NCBI GenBank assembly: GCA_963924565.1
Contig: OZ004610.1
Span: forward strand, 31,620,001-31,684,000
Direction of reading: 5' to 3'
DNA from: Ascidiella aspersa
Lineage: Eukaryota
DNA: 64,000 nt
Position numbers and translations under genes: made by a program. Every line of letters starts with the position of its first letter. The stretch's first letter is position 1. Below are positions 1-14,300 of the stretch, piece by piece. A model generated the notes under the pieces. The model searched no databases. It was not told where the DNA came from and saw only the letters and a program-made list of their open reading frames with translations.

Positions 1-779
1 TTGTATTACAAACAAGCCTCTGCATGCCAGTGCTACTAATCACCAGTCCTAAGCAGTTTGCAGTAGATGCCGCCTGTTTTGTTAGTGAAGGCGGTGTTGG
101 TTTACAAATTTCCTGCTTTTACTGTTGCTTGTATTGGCACATGATAGGAATAGCAACCCTAGTTCACAATGGAGTATGTGCCGCACGCTGTGTAGAATTT
201 TTCGCCCATTTAAACATTAATCGCTGTTCTATTTAAGGGATTGTCAGTTTCAAAACACGTTTGTGTGTGTGTGTTTGCGTGTGCGTTAGCAGTAAACCCA
301 GCTCTCACTCGTAAAAAAAAACGCAGCAGAGCTCTCTTTGACACGAACCCGTGTTTAAGGCAAAAAAAACACCCAAAAAACGCCGTTTCTCTTCACCTAT
401 TAAGGGTCTTTGGCAGCGAGTCATACGCCCGTTGACGACGACAGAGCCCACAATGCGTACGTATCCGTTTATTCAACGGACACTTTCTTTGTTGGGCCAC
501 TGTTTGTCTTTCCAGGTACGCTTTTGGACACTGGCTAGAACAAAGGGCACGGTATGCTGTTTATGACCTTGCTTTTGTGATCCCAGCGCCCGTTCGACCG
601 TTGCTCGCTTGACCATACTTCACTTCCACCCGCGGCCTGTTGTTTGTCGTTTGGCGTAGGAAGGCACCGAGTTGATTTAACGCCAGCCCGACGCCGAGCC
701 TCTGCGCCTGTGTTCGCCTCGCCTCGCCTAACGCCAAGCGAGGTGCAACTATTTATTGATCAACTTGAGCGCACACCAG

Positions 780-1375
780 CGTGTTGACCGTCCCTCCCAA
801 AAATAGCTTTTCCGCTTTGTTATGCGAGCCTTTGCCCTTTTTTACCTTTTGGGTGGCTATACCTGGCTGTTACGTAACGATTTTTTAAGATTTCGAATTT
901 CGTTACGAAAAAGTTTTATTGGGATTTTTGCAGTTTATAGTAGGTTTTATTTTTGTATATAACAAGCTATTGCATAACGAAGCTGTTGACCGTCCCCCAA
1001 ATAGCTTTTCCTCTTTTTTGTTTGCCTTTTTACTTTGTGGATGGCTATACATGCCTGTGTTACGTATCGGATTTTTAAGTTATATTGCAGATTTTTTTAG
1101 TTAATAGTAAGTTTGTCAACAAGCTATTGTAGAACGCGCAGGTCTACTATACTACAGTTTAATACACACCCACATTTAGTATTGTGTGCTTGGACAAGGT
1201 GAAATCCTACAAAATTAAACCTCATCCGGTTCTTTGGTTTTATATTTAGCCATTCTGTTACGTAACGATTTTTTAAAATTTCGAATTTCGATCCGAAAAA
1301 GTTTTATTAGGATTTTTGCAGTTTATAGTAGGTTTTATTTTTATATATAACAAGCTATTGCATAACGATAACGAA
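780..1375. repeat. Local duplications (867-985 vs 1256-1378; 783-870 vs 984-1065)
   Basis: Near-identical blocks ctgttacgtaacgattttttaa...ctattgcataacga. Confidence 0.8.
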
Positions 1376-2459
1376 GCTAGGTGAATAATTTGTTACTGTC
1401 TAGTTAAGTGATCGGTCGCTCTTACAAACGAGAGTCCGGTGACATTGAGTCACTGACTAACTATGTTGCGTGTTGTTTACTCGGCGTGCCCTTTTCTTAA
1501 ACACATGTCAAATCCATGACCCATCTAAACACGTTTTGACGCGATTAAATCAGGGTAAATGGTATCCAAGGTGGTCTACGCCCGAAAATTAAATAGTTGG
1601 AATAACTTAGTGTAATATTATGAGGTCTTTCGCTTATTGGTAACACCAAAATTAAAAACAGTTGTTTGCCATCCAATCCAGGCCTATATATTGAAGAGGT
1701 GGCACTTCAGATACCAACAACGTAACGTTATTTGGTATCCAATTTTATGTGGTCTCTTTACTGCGAAACAATGTCGAAAAAATCTGTCAAGGCAAGTACA
1801 GGCCCGCTTTAAAACACAACACAACCTTATCTTAGTAACCAAACCCCGCACCTTGCTCGCTTGTAACAAGCAGGGGTGTGTGTATCCATTGTTCTGCCAA
1901 AACAAGCGAAGGCCTGACCGGTCCAACTGTTAAAGCGAAACGTAATAGTCCAGATTACAAGATCCGTTGGCCAGGGCCCAGTCTTTCAAACCTGCTTGAA
2001 AGGAGCCGGGTCTTTCAAAGCGACCACGACAAGAATTGGTCAAGGCATAGGGAAACAATAGCGTGGTGTACAAAGGCAGCATGCCGCTTTTCGCGAAATT
2101 TCGGCCATGTTAACTGGCCTAATGGGCATTGCTGGCAGCGGCTCTGAAAGAGGCCTTCGAGCTGCTCTGTCGTCCGCGTTTCACCTCTCGAGAGCGAGGC
2201 CGGGCAGTGCTCCTTATCCAAAATGTAGGTCATGTTTTTGGTCCCTGCCGTCCGGTGCCGACCGCCGACGTCGCAACTGTGCTAAAACAATTGTGGGATT
2301 CGGTTCGAACTGCTCGCGTCCCGCCCCTGCTGCCACGCAATGTTAATTTTGCCTTGAAGTCATTTATTGAAATTCAAATACTTTTTTTAAGTTGTGATAT
2401 TTGTTTTTTTTGTCTGTTCGCTTCCCTGCCACGTTGTTACAATCAGACTTGGGACAACT

Positions 2460-2680
2460 AGATAATTGCTAAGGCAAAAAGGTTGAGTAAATAGGCATCA
2501 TTTTGATTAGGACGTTTCGATACGAACTTGTATCATCTTCACTCTTCAGTTAATGTGACAGAGAAGTCTCAAAAACTTAAGATGGTACAAGCTCGTATAG
2601 AAGATGTCGATTTACTCGAAATTTTCGGCTTTGCAAATCATTTTCAAGCTACATTACAGATCCGTGCATAGTGACCCAAG
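2460..2680. mobile_element. Family A palindromic hammerhead-bearing repeat (other copies ~20030-20155, 37740-37785, 40262-40580, 45255-45385, 51300-51400)
   Basis: Shared sequence gatacaagttcgtatcgaaacgtcttaatcaagatgatgtcgatctactcgacctttttggctttgcaattcattatcaagctacattacag, in both orientations. Confidence 0.8.
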
Positions 2681-5600
2681 ATATTTCTAGTTTTCTAATT
2701 CAATGAATTTGAGCAAAATGGCGTTAATCCTAGTTCTAATCTAACTCGAATTTTACCAAAAATGCTCCCCAACGGCATTTATTTATATCTTCTTCGTTTA
2801 TTGGCTTCAAGCTTTTAATTTTTTACTACAACGTCGAATCATTAATTAGCGGGCTTCTCTTGGCATTGTTGGTGTGTGACAAACAGCGCCGAAGCGGCAA
2901 TTTTTTTAATTTAGATTTTGAGCGTTACAGAGCCCATCCCATCACACTCACGTGAACGTGGCGGTTGGAATTCGGTTTGCTGAAGTTGTTTACCACGTTC
3001 GGGAAGCCAGGTGCTCCACTCTGCCTCGTTGACCGCTGCTTGATCTGCTTTCTGTTATTCTTAGCTTTGGTCCTGCACTTGTGCGTGGAGCGAACAATGG
3101 CTCCAGTCGGTTACACAAAAACAGCGAAACCCCGTAACCCTTGCGCCAAATACGCTGTGTCAAGGGTGCTCAGGGCTGCGACTTGAACGTCCCTCGCCCG
3201 AGTGCACTTGGCGATAGCGCCCTGCGAGTTTCAGAAGCGCTCACCACGTGTGTACCACTAGAAATACATTTTGTTTTCAATGCGGAAGACAAAATTTCAC
3301 AAGTTTTAAAATGACATGATTTAAAATGATGCAAACTTAAATTGCTTGGGAGTTTATCTTTTTGTGACGTTATACAAGCTTGAGTTTTTATCAAATAATC
3401 GCCTGGAGTGTAGCGTAAGTGTCTGATGTTCACTTGTTTAAAGATTGCTTTTATTTTTCTTAAAAAAGGCTTTGAGGATTTGAAACGACCGCCAAGTACT
3501 TGTATAAACTCTCGGTCACTGGGACCGTGCTATTTTCTGAGGGTAAACTTCGAAGCAAAAAGAGAGGCCCCTGCGCTATTCACCGGGGTTACAGGGCGCC
3601 GTTATTTTATGAGAGGAAACTTTAAATAAAAAGGCGCCTAAACTTGGTGTACACTGCGCGATAGCACTAGTCGTGTGTTTAACGCATTTCAAACAAATTT
3701 CGTCGATTTTTTGTTCTTTGTTACAAACGATCACCATAAACTTGTGACAAACATATAAACGAGTATGTCTTTCAGGAAATCCATAAGCACTGACAGCAGT
3801 TAGCGGGGTTATGGGTCTCTCTATTTTCTGAGGGGGAACTTCGAGGCAAAAAGAGGGGCCCCTGCGTGTTTTACCGGGGTTGTTGGACACCTCTATGTTT
3901 TCTAAAGGGGAACTTCGAAGCAAAAAGAGGGGCGCCGAAACTTGGCCCTGCCAGCGGACACGCGCCATTAGCGATTGAAGTCGCCAGTAGGGCCCGGTTG
4001 CGCTGGTCAGTATAGTTTCTCGTGTTTGCCACCTTAGTTTGCGGCGTGCGCGATTTCCCCTCAACGCTTGACCTGTGGCGCCTTACGCCTCGCTGTTTAT
4101 TTAGAGCGCTGGATTTTTTAATGCCCCATGTCGCTGCTGGGTGGTGGTGATGTGGAGGGGCGCGCTCTTTAACTAACTGTTTCCTGTCGTCGGCCTACTT
4201 TTTCGGCGCGGCGCGAAACGCTTTTAGAGAGGCCTTGAACGTTTTTTTTGTCCTCTGTGCCTTGTTTCAACAGCTCCTTTTTTCAGCTTTGTTTATTCGG
4301 AACAAAGTTTGGTCATGGATTTCGTTGCTTCGACGATTTATGCTTGCTGTTTTTCGTGGCGCTTAAGCCGAAGCAAGTCTTAGCTAATGACTTAACTGGG
4401 AACTTATTGCTTGAATTGTGATTTTGATGGCTTCTTCGCTGTTCAAAGCGATATTAATATAGCAATTTAAACGTGACAAAACTGGGAATTAGAAATTTAA
4501 ACGTTTTTACACTATATTACTACTATATATTACGGCAAGTTCAACTGTGGCCCAGCGTTACACTTAACAAAGCGGCTTCGAATTCATAAGCGCCCACAAC
4601 TTTGGCACCGATTCTTGGGGGTCATGAGGGTTTTTCGCTCGCAGCCGCCATTGTGATGGCGTGGCCTAATCGCGTTTGCCAGTTGCCAGTCAAGCCGCTG
4701 GAACATTGACTGACCGCGCTAATTCGATCGCCGCCGTCGCTTGCCCTCCCGCCGACGTTTACCGGCGCGGAATTTGCGACGTCGCGACTGGCGCTGCGCT
4801 GCGTCCAGAAGGTGCTCTCCCATGGCGCCGGCTTCTCCTATGTCTCCCCTTGCTTAATGTCGTGAAAGCCCGGCTTCCCAAGGGCTGTGCCGTTTACGAC
4901 TCATCAGCTTAGCGGTTTGGACGCTAATTATGCGTCCCTTGTCCTCTAATTATGCGTCCCTTGTCCCCCTCACACGCTGTTGCGGCTCTTCCGAATGCCT
5001 ACGCACGTGTTTTTCACTTTGTGCCGACGCGCGCCTTTTCGTATCTCGAGGGACCGCCCGTCAGTGCCTTTCCTGACAGGCCAACGCGTGCGACCTGCTT
5101 TTTTCCGCACTACATTGTGCCCTCAAAGAGTTCGAGGAACCTGGACGTACAACAATGTCCAGGCAAGTTAGGAAATCTATTCAAGCACTGATATTATTTT
5201 GCTGTTGAATGGCAATCTTCGCGGATACAGTAACACGACGCCATAATGCTTGGAAGCTGTTCATTTAAGATGCAGCATCGGTCTAAGGTTTGCTATTCAA
5301 CAACCATATGCAGGCAAGTTTGAAAGCCGATCCTAACACTTGTATTATTTTCCTGTTGAATAGCAACCTTTGCCGAAACAGTAACACGACGCCATAACGC
5401 TTGAAGCGGTCAATTTAAGACGCAGCACAGATGACCGATCGCTACCCCAGCGCGAAATCTTATCTTGCCTTCCCTGTTTGTTCGTGGAAATTTCCGCGCC
5501 GAGCGTGCCCCACATTGAGCTCAGTTTGGAAATTAGGTCAGGTCACTGCTTAGCCGTGGCGTAGCCGTGTATTTCGTGTAAAATGTCCCCAACCGCAAAA

Positions 5601-8600
5601 AGTAACTTAACTTTCGTCGCGCTAACGGTTTTTAAGGAGTGTACTTCATTTTCTGCCGCTCAAACTCGACAAATAACGTTGTTACATCCGCGCAAATTTT
5701 AGCAAAAAAATTATTCCAGCCGCGCAAGTTTCAGCAGAAAAATTATTTAAGCTGTTCAAATTTGAAAATTTTAAGCCCACTTGCGCATATTGAAGCTGCA
5801 CAAACGATTTCCCCATCGCAAAATATCCAAAGTATCCAATCTGGCATTGCGCGGTTGTAAAAGTGATGAACAACGGCCAATTTCATGACTCAGTCGCCAT
5901 GAGCTCTCTCTCCTATGCTGTTGTATGGGCTCATCGCTCTCTCATCCAGCTCTTGTGTGCCAGTTCCGGGCACTTCTAAGTCGACTTGACGCCGGCTTTG
6001 CTTCCATTAAGCGCCAGACCCGATGATGTTTTGCCAGCGATCGCGCGTCATGAACGCATATCGTACGCGGTTGTGAAGAAAGCCGCGGTCGAGTGCATTT
6101 TTTGCGCCATGGTTCGAGTATAATCCATTTAAGTGGGTAAACGCCGCGCGCTGGCTCTTCTAACAAAGCCAAGCGAATCGTACGTTTTGAACTTAAGCGT
6201 TATTTGGCGGTACTAATATTGTTACCGGATGACCGCACTTACTTTCTGCCAAGATGGCATATGAATCATACGTGAATAAAATTGTCGGAAAGTAGTTTTG
6301 TTCAACTTTTTGAAGGTTTCTGTCGTTGATTGTATGACACCTGGTTTTATCTCAGCCAAATGAAGCCATGCTTTTTACGGTCCCCCCCCCTAAGCACCCC
6401 TCGAAGCGACACACTTCCCACAGGTCATGAATTTGTCACTTGGCCTTAAATGGTGTTGCTTGGGCTGTTTGGACCCTCGCATAGCCTCGTTTCCGCCATC
6501 AATCACGCTTTTAGATGATGTGAAAAAATGCCTTGCCGGACTCCTTTTTAAATATATATTGGGTGACCTCTACAAAAAGAATGTTTCAAGGGAAGACATC
6601 TCTCTAAATTATCAGGTGGCACTATATATAAAGACGATTTTATTATAATCTCGACAGGCTCTTGTATGACAGCCTAGAAAAGTAACAGTCACACCAGGAA
6701 TCCACAAAAGTTGTACAAAAATTAGCCATTGTACAAGGCAGCTTTAAAAAAGCAAAAATTTTCACCTATGGAGCCTAAATGCAAATGTCACTTCCTTCCC
6801 CGCAAATTTCGATACCAAATGACCTTGTCACAGGAAAGCGCGAACGACCATAAACACCTTGCCTAAACGCAAACGACAGAGAAACAACACCAGGCCACCG
6901 TAGACCTTCAGAGCCTACCCGAACCCGCGCAAACGCCTCTTTGTGACCTTTGGCGCTGCACCAAGCACTAGCAAAGGCCAAGGCAGCAACTCCATGAAGA
7001 AAAGAGCGGAAACGATGCCAATCGCCACCCTTTTGAACTTCGCCCGCAGGTCGCGGCCACTGCCCGTCACCTCACCTTTCCTGTCTTGTTTTTGCCAAGC
7101 ACAGGCGCTTTGAGCCGGCGCGCTGAGAAACGGGTCAACTGCAGAGTGACGGCGCTTCGGGGAATTATTTCGGCGAGCGGCTTTTCTTCTTTCTTTTGTC
7201 GTGAGTTTTGCCTTCACGAAAAGCACCCACTTTTTTGTCGGCCTCGGCTTAACTCAGAAGGAAGCGTTGCTGATAGATTGGACGCGTAAAGTGAAGGCAA
7301 CTTTAACTGGATAACTTGCGACTTTGTCGTTAAGTACAGTCTTTTTACTCCACTAATTCTACAGTTTATAAGCTAGGTAACGTATTATCATTTTGATTTA
7401 TTCATTATTCCGATAAGGTCAGCTGGTATCTGCTACCGAAACGCCTGTAATTACTTTGTTTACAACAGAGGAGCGATTTTCTGTTGCCTGGTGGTGCAAA
7501 TTCTTTTTTAACCACTCACCAAATTTGTTGATTAGTTACTACTAAAGTGAACACAGTAGCAAAGGATCAATGAAGAACCACATCACGGTTATCGAGTCAG
7601 TTGACCCCGAATGTTTAATAAATTCGGATTATAACAGAAACAAACGTTTTCTTTTGGCTTTTCAATGAACCCCTGCATACTAAAACCGCGGCCTTTCCGA
7701 AGTGTTTAGATTTACAAGATTGCAGATTTGTTCAGCGCACAGTCGTACACGTTTCATTAACTGCAAGTTGCGGATCATTAAACGCGGCCCATTTTAGGGC
7801 GAATTTGACGGCGAAAACGAAAGAGGAAAACCGACTGTCCGTAGGTCGCTGGTCGCGAACTTTCGAGATGCTGTCACAAAATCTTGGCGCCGCCAGCGAA
7901 TCGAGAAAAAAATAGTTTGAAACAACTCGTCCTCGTGTGATCTGTGGAAGTCGTTTCCATCGAAATTGACGCTCAAATTTCTTCCCGGCGACCCCGTGTG
8001 AATTACGTAATGCGCTTTCGCAGAAGTAAACAAGTAAAAAAACGAAAGGGTTGCGTAAGTTTTGGGAATTTAAACTTAAACCGACTTCCCGGCGCGACAA
8101 AGGCAGGACGCGTTGTCGCCTTCTCGAGATGCGATGTTAACGCGTAACCGGAGCCCCGCGCCTGGCACTTTCGCCATTGAAAAGGCAAATTCAATGCGTG
8201 ACACTGGACACCGGCAAGCGGCGACGATCAATAGAGACCCTGGTCGGGTGTCGCTTGGTTATAAAAGCTGCCGGGCCCGACGGTTGTTGCACAATACACA
8301 GCCCGTCGGCTTGTCACCTATTTGTCCCCGGAAAGTTCTCAGGGCCGACAATGGGCCGCCCGCGAAAAATCTAAGTGCGTTTTCTGCCCGCGGACCGCTT
8401 TCCCTTTGTCAAAGTCGCCTGGTTTCCTTTTTTTACTTGTGTAATCCCGGCCTTGGGTGGACCGCGCCGCCGTCGCGAAAGCACGCGCATTGTGTGTCGG
8501 CGTTAATTTCGCTTTGATGGCTTTGATGGCGAAAGCGGCTAGTCTCGGCGTGCGTTATGTCCGCCACCGCAACCGCGACAGGTTTAATGTGGGAACGTAT

Positions 8601-10844
8601 GATGACCGCCTTTCGAGAAACCATCGCTTTGCCAAGCCTATCCGCCTCATTACTCGCCCCAATTGCGACCCAGCTCCCACTCAATGGCATTGGATCTCTC
8701 CCAAACGAAGATATACACGTGTCGGCTCGCCAGGGCGCTCATATCAGCCAACGCAGCCACTGGTAGCCTCTACCAACCGAACAAGCGCTTCTACACGGCG
8801 GCAGTGCAAACAACGCTAACGTTAAGGTCGCATCGGGCGTAGATCTGAAGGAGCATTGTGCGAACTCGCCCCGCGACCTGTTATTGGAGTGGCCACTCGG
8901 GCCAATGTCCGCCGTTCCGCGGCCGCAGCTGTCACGAGCGCGCGGCAAGCAAACATTCGGCATTTTAGGGGCACCGCCTCAAACAAAGACCTCTTTTCGC
9001 GGCACATTCCGCGCAAGTGCCCCGTCACATGATAAACCTGGTATTGAATGACCACGTTAAGCGACCGCCCCAGCAACAGGCAGTGGTAGGAGTATGTACG
9101 CGCGATTGTGTGTGCTGCTTTGGCGCCCACGTCTCTTTCCTTCAGCCAAAACCACTGACCACTCGAATGCGCGCACTCACCCACTCACTCGCGAGCACGT
9201 TCTTTACCGCGCTCGTGTTTTTTCAACGCTGTTTACCCGCTTTTTGCGGCGCAGGCTTCAAGTGTGACATCGCTCATACTAGAATCGAAGCGCCTGTCAC
9301 ATCTAATGCCGTTTTTCGCGGTTGCATGTTTGCACAAGCACGTTCGGTCGTTTTGTTTGGCCGTATACAGTAACCACAAAAGTGTTCAGATTATTATTTT
9401 CTCTCTGAACATCGCCATCCACATTCTTGCTTACGATTTCTGCTCTACAGATTCGTCGTGGTCGGCATTCGTGTGGCTGAAAGATTTGAACTGAACTCGC
9501 TTCACTGCTGTATAATTTTCAGCGCTTTCGCCAGCGCGCCTTTGATCCTTTTCGCCATTAGTCATGTGGAAGTACCCCAACTTGATAATGGGCCCTAATT
9601 CCTCGCGTTTCTCCGCCCGTTCCCTTTATGTTAGCAACAAGGGCGAGTGGGCACCGGGCAGGCGTCGGGCATATTGATCGCCAAGCTGAGTCATCCCTTC
9701 AACCCGAGCGCACATTCTCCGGCCTCTTGGCGCTTTTCGTAACGAGCCCCACCTCCCGTTTTGCCCATTACAGTTCGCCCACACCGGACAGCCTCGATCT
9801 GCGCACTTGTCTTTATCTTTCGCTTCTCTCTCTCTCTGGAAAACAGAACCAAGGTCAATACTCTACAGCGGGCGCCCGCTCCCTAACGCGCTCGCGTTGC
9901 GCAAACGAACCGCGCGACCCTTTGACCAATACGGCAGAAACAGCTCGAAAACAAGTTGCCTTCGTCGCGCCGTAGCGCCTCTGATGGTGGCTTGGCGGCC
10001 GTGGCTTTGCCTCGTGCCGTTTCGTCCATGTAAGGTGAGGAGGGTCGTCTTTGTTTATCGCGCGTCGGAGATGTGTTTTCGCCCCGTTGACGCGTTAAGA
10101 TTGGGTTCCTTTACCCCTTAATCTGCTCAGCGCTCGTCAGTTGCGCTTGGCGGCTCGCGGGTAGCGCAGGCTGTGGCCCAAATCGTTTAAATTTTCGCCT
10201 TTTCTGTCATAGTATCGATTAGCAGCAGTAGGTGAAAGCGAAAGTTAGCGTGGTTTGCAGGAGTCCAGACATTTCCATTGTTATCCGTTTGATTCGGAAA
10301 GGTGTTAGCCAGCTTGCGAAGAGCAGAAGCGGTAATTCAATAGATTGCTGGTCGTCAAAGCGAACAATGAACCAGCGTTTGAAATAACAAGCGTATGGTC
10401 ATGTGTTGTATTAACAGTGCGCAGCTGAATGCCTACATATTTTGAATACCGATCGGTATGCCGTAGCGAGCTGTTCAAGTTTCCGTCCATTTGATTTGCT
10501 TATGAAAGGTACGTTTGTTCAGCCAAGTGCGCACCAACGTAGTGAAACGATTTGCGCAATTTTCGAGTACTCCCGAGCTTTGTCAAAGAGCTAGAGACAA
10601 AAGGCGTTCAATATTCTTCTCTCTACTGTTGGAATGACTCACAAGGTCAATTTATAATAACTGTTGTTATTGCTCTTGCCACGCCCCCCTGGCGTAGGCC
10701 GCTAGTGCTCGTTTGTCTTTGTATGAGGAGAACGGTTTCCTAGAACAACACCAAGTTAAACTTCAGCGCGAAACGAAAATAGCTTTCGAAGTTCAGCTGT
10801 TGCGATGCCATGCTTTTCACACGCATAAGCTGTTTGACCATCCA

Positions 10845-11355
10845 CTCTGTGTATTTAAACACCAGGGCGCCCTTTGAATTTTGAGCGGTTTTAAAGTTGC
10901 ACTAGGCGCGGTTTTAGTTTAAGTGAACTTGCCTATTAAAACAAAAGTAACCCTAAAGCTTGCCAGTAGAACGTTGCCGCTTTAACGTTAACTTACATCC
11001 CACCTACTAGCGAACCATTAACTCTGTGTGTTTAAACATCATGACGCCATGACGCCTTTGGACTTTCGAGCGGTTTCAAAGTTGCACCAGTCGCGGTTTA
11101 GTTTAGGTGAGCTTATTGGAATAAAAATAACCCTAAAGCTTGCGTCAGTAGAACTTTGCCGCTTTGCGTTAACTTACCTCCCACCCACTAGCGAACCATT
11201 ATCTCTGTGTGTTCAAACATCAGAGCGCCATGACGCCTTTGGACTTTAGATTGGTTTTAAAGTTGTACCAGGCCCGGTTTTAGTTTAAGGTGAAGTTGCC
11301 TATTGGAACAAAATTAACCCTAAAGCTTGCGTCAGTAGAACCTTGCCGCTTTTAG
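10845..11355. repeat. Local triplication of a ~185-bp unit
   Basis: aaagttgcac...cggttttagtttaagtgaa...taaccctaaagcttgcgtcagtagaac...gccgcttt occurs three times. Confidence 0.8.
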
Positions 11356-14300
11356 TTAGCAAATCATTGTCAAGCGTTGTTCTAATGTCCAGCCGGCGTA
11401 CGCCGCATGTCGCACGCGCCCAGCGAAACACGCCCTTCCATATTGACGGTCGCCCCTTTGTAGCAATGGAAGGAAGGCGTCCAAGCCGGGAAATATGCTT
11501 GAACACATGCGCTTCGTCGTTCCAGTTGGCCATGGTTGGCATTGCTATATATGCTGCGGACATTTAAGCAGCGTGCTGTTCAGCTCCTGGCCGAGAATAC
11601 TGCTCGATTAACTAGAAAGAATTTGACGGTAAATCCGCCTTTGATAGTAAAGCTGTGTAAATGTCCAAACATCCCATATAGCGTTTCCTCGTTTTAACGA
11701 GTGCATTTCTCGTTTCAACAGCAAAAGTAGGTCATAGTTTATAAACATATGATGTTTTTTTAATTGTTTTTAGGTTTAAGTACTTAACTGTAAGAGATAT
11801 CGGACGGACTTGGCAAACTCGTACGAATGTGGTAACAGTTCTGATTGGTCAAGCATAGGCGCCAAACTTGGGTCTGCAAAGCGTTTTTTTACGCCCTGGT
11901 TTCTTGCACGGGGTTAAAATTCGCCAAAATTTGACCAAGTAACACCGGTATAGTCCAAAAAAATCCGCCCTCGCTCCATCTGCACGTATTCTGTGACGGA
12001 TAATAAGTTACCAAACACTGCTTAAAGTAAATTGATACTAACCTTCGTCTTTTTAATGCAGGGCCAATCACGCATTAGCTTCGAGTACAATTTATTCTGT
12101 CAAAATTACAAGACGACGCTTTGCTTTAAAAACGATAAACGAAATCGCAAAATCGGTTTGCAAGACCTGCTACGTTTTGTTGGTAATAAGCACTGAATCA
12201 AAAAAGCGCCATGGGATTTTGAAAGTTCGGCGACTATGTGGTCAAGTATAACATGCCAATCGAATCAGTTAAAACATGTTATTCGATTAAATTAGCGTTG
12301 TGTGTTTTTTTTAAAGGCTACTGCGGATGCGCGTCCGCTTTCAAACTCACGCTTCATGTTATGTGTCGTGTTATCGCATTACGTCGTTGCAACGTTTCAC
12401 GGGATGCGATGGACATTAGCGTCATGTTCGATCTGTGTTGTTCAGCGCACGCCAGCTGGTCAATGTTTTCGTCGTCGGGAAGTTGTCGAAAATGTCGGCA
12501 AACTTTCACGCCTTTATTCAAGTTGGCCGTATTTACACAACGCTAGCCTGTGTGGGCGGTTATCGGTGCCATCGTGAAAATCAGAAAAAGGCATCGAACA
12601 CTGGTTTGCATCTCGTGTAGGCTGTGCATCTGAGCAGGCTAAAATGTTTTGAATGCATTTTAAGCGTCTGAATTGCATTTTTGCCCACAGCTTCTCTGTA
12701 GAGCCATAATATAACAGTAAAGAGCTTAGTGGCTCATAATTTTTGCTTTTTATGAGGATGTTTCAAGTTTTAAGCATTGGTTTTAATATGGCGATGCGCC
12801 TTTAAGTTTGTTATCGCGTGTTATAAAGGTCGGTTTACATTCACTTTAAAGGCAACCGTAAAATTTTCTCCTACATTTTTTTGGAGCTTAATGGTTTGAG
12901 GTTGTAGTAAGACGTAGGAAGTATGTCAAAGCTCATACGGAAATAGGTAGCATTTTTAACGTTTGGAATATCTCCTTATTCATGTTTAGCATCATGATGT
13001 AGATTTTCTCCCACACTGTTTTCATGAAATTTGGGCGAAAAACAGATCATATTGTAAAGCGACAAAAACGTGAAAATTGCTCAAAATTTAATAAGGTATA
13101 GTTATGGCGATATTATAAAATTGCTTAAAAAAGAAATGTACCGCGCTTTCAAATCGGGTATGGACGAAAAGCGCCGGTTGAGATTTAAGAGACATGCTTT
13201 TCGCTGTTTCGGCAGCGGAACCTCGCGACCGTAAGTTCACAAATGCGACCTAGATTCGCCGAGCCAGGGGGAGGGGGGGAGTTAAAGAGGGGAAGGGGGA
13301 CCTCGGTGGCCCACTTCGAGGCCCGCCGGGTTCATTCGCGTTCGGTCGCGTTCCACGTTCGTGACTCACTAGGAAAGGCCGAGTAATCCAACGACCGTCG
13401 CTTTTCGCTTGTTGACGATCCGCGCGGAATTAGAGCGAGTCTGCCGGGCGCTTTGGATAGTTTCGAAGATCTTTTTCGTTTCTTCTGCCCGCGCTCAATG
13501 CTGACTGCTTTCGAACCTCAAGCGATTTTTGCTCTGGTTATTTGGACCACACAGTTTTGAATATTTTCCTTGCAAAATCACCGTTTTTATAACCCATTTA
13601 GTAAGAATATCAAAGCCCATACAGAAGTAGATATTATTTTAAACGTTTAGAACTCTTTATTCATTTTCAACATAGTCTATGTTGGAAAAGTTAAAAAATG
13701 CTACCTACTTCTGTATGGGCTTTGGTGTTCTTTTTACGTCTTACAACAACCTCCAACCATTATGCTCCAAAATACCCCCTTTAATTTAAACCTGTGTGAC
13801 CACGCAAGTTTGAAAAACGTCCATAGATATAAACAAATCTGTTTCTACCCGAGAACCTTACTGCATTCCATAATTTGTGGGAGCAAAAGATTCGCAACAA
13901 ACTTGGTGAAATCCTACTCCAAAATTGGACGATATATCCACCAAAACGGTCATTTTTCATTACAAATTTACCAGGCCCAGAATTTTTGCGTCAAACAGGC
14001 TTGGTTTTGGAAAGCTTTTCACGCCAAAGATCTTTGGCGCAAAGGTACCGGAAAACAATCGGGCCCAACAACCATCTATCCATTGACGGATTGACGAAAG
14101 CATTTTAACGTGAATTTAATACATTCACACTTTCGTCCATTCGTTTCGCAAAGATCACGCGAGAAAGTTGAAAACGCGGCCCGGCTCCCCTCTTGCCCCA
14201 CCACGCCGCCTGTCTTCGCCACGTGGAACTTAAGCCGCAAGTTGTCAGACAACCCGAGCGAGCGTCTCGCATTTGGAGCGGCCATTTTCGCTTGTATTCC

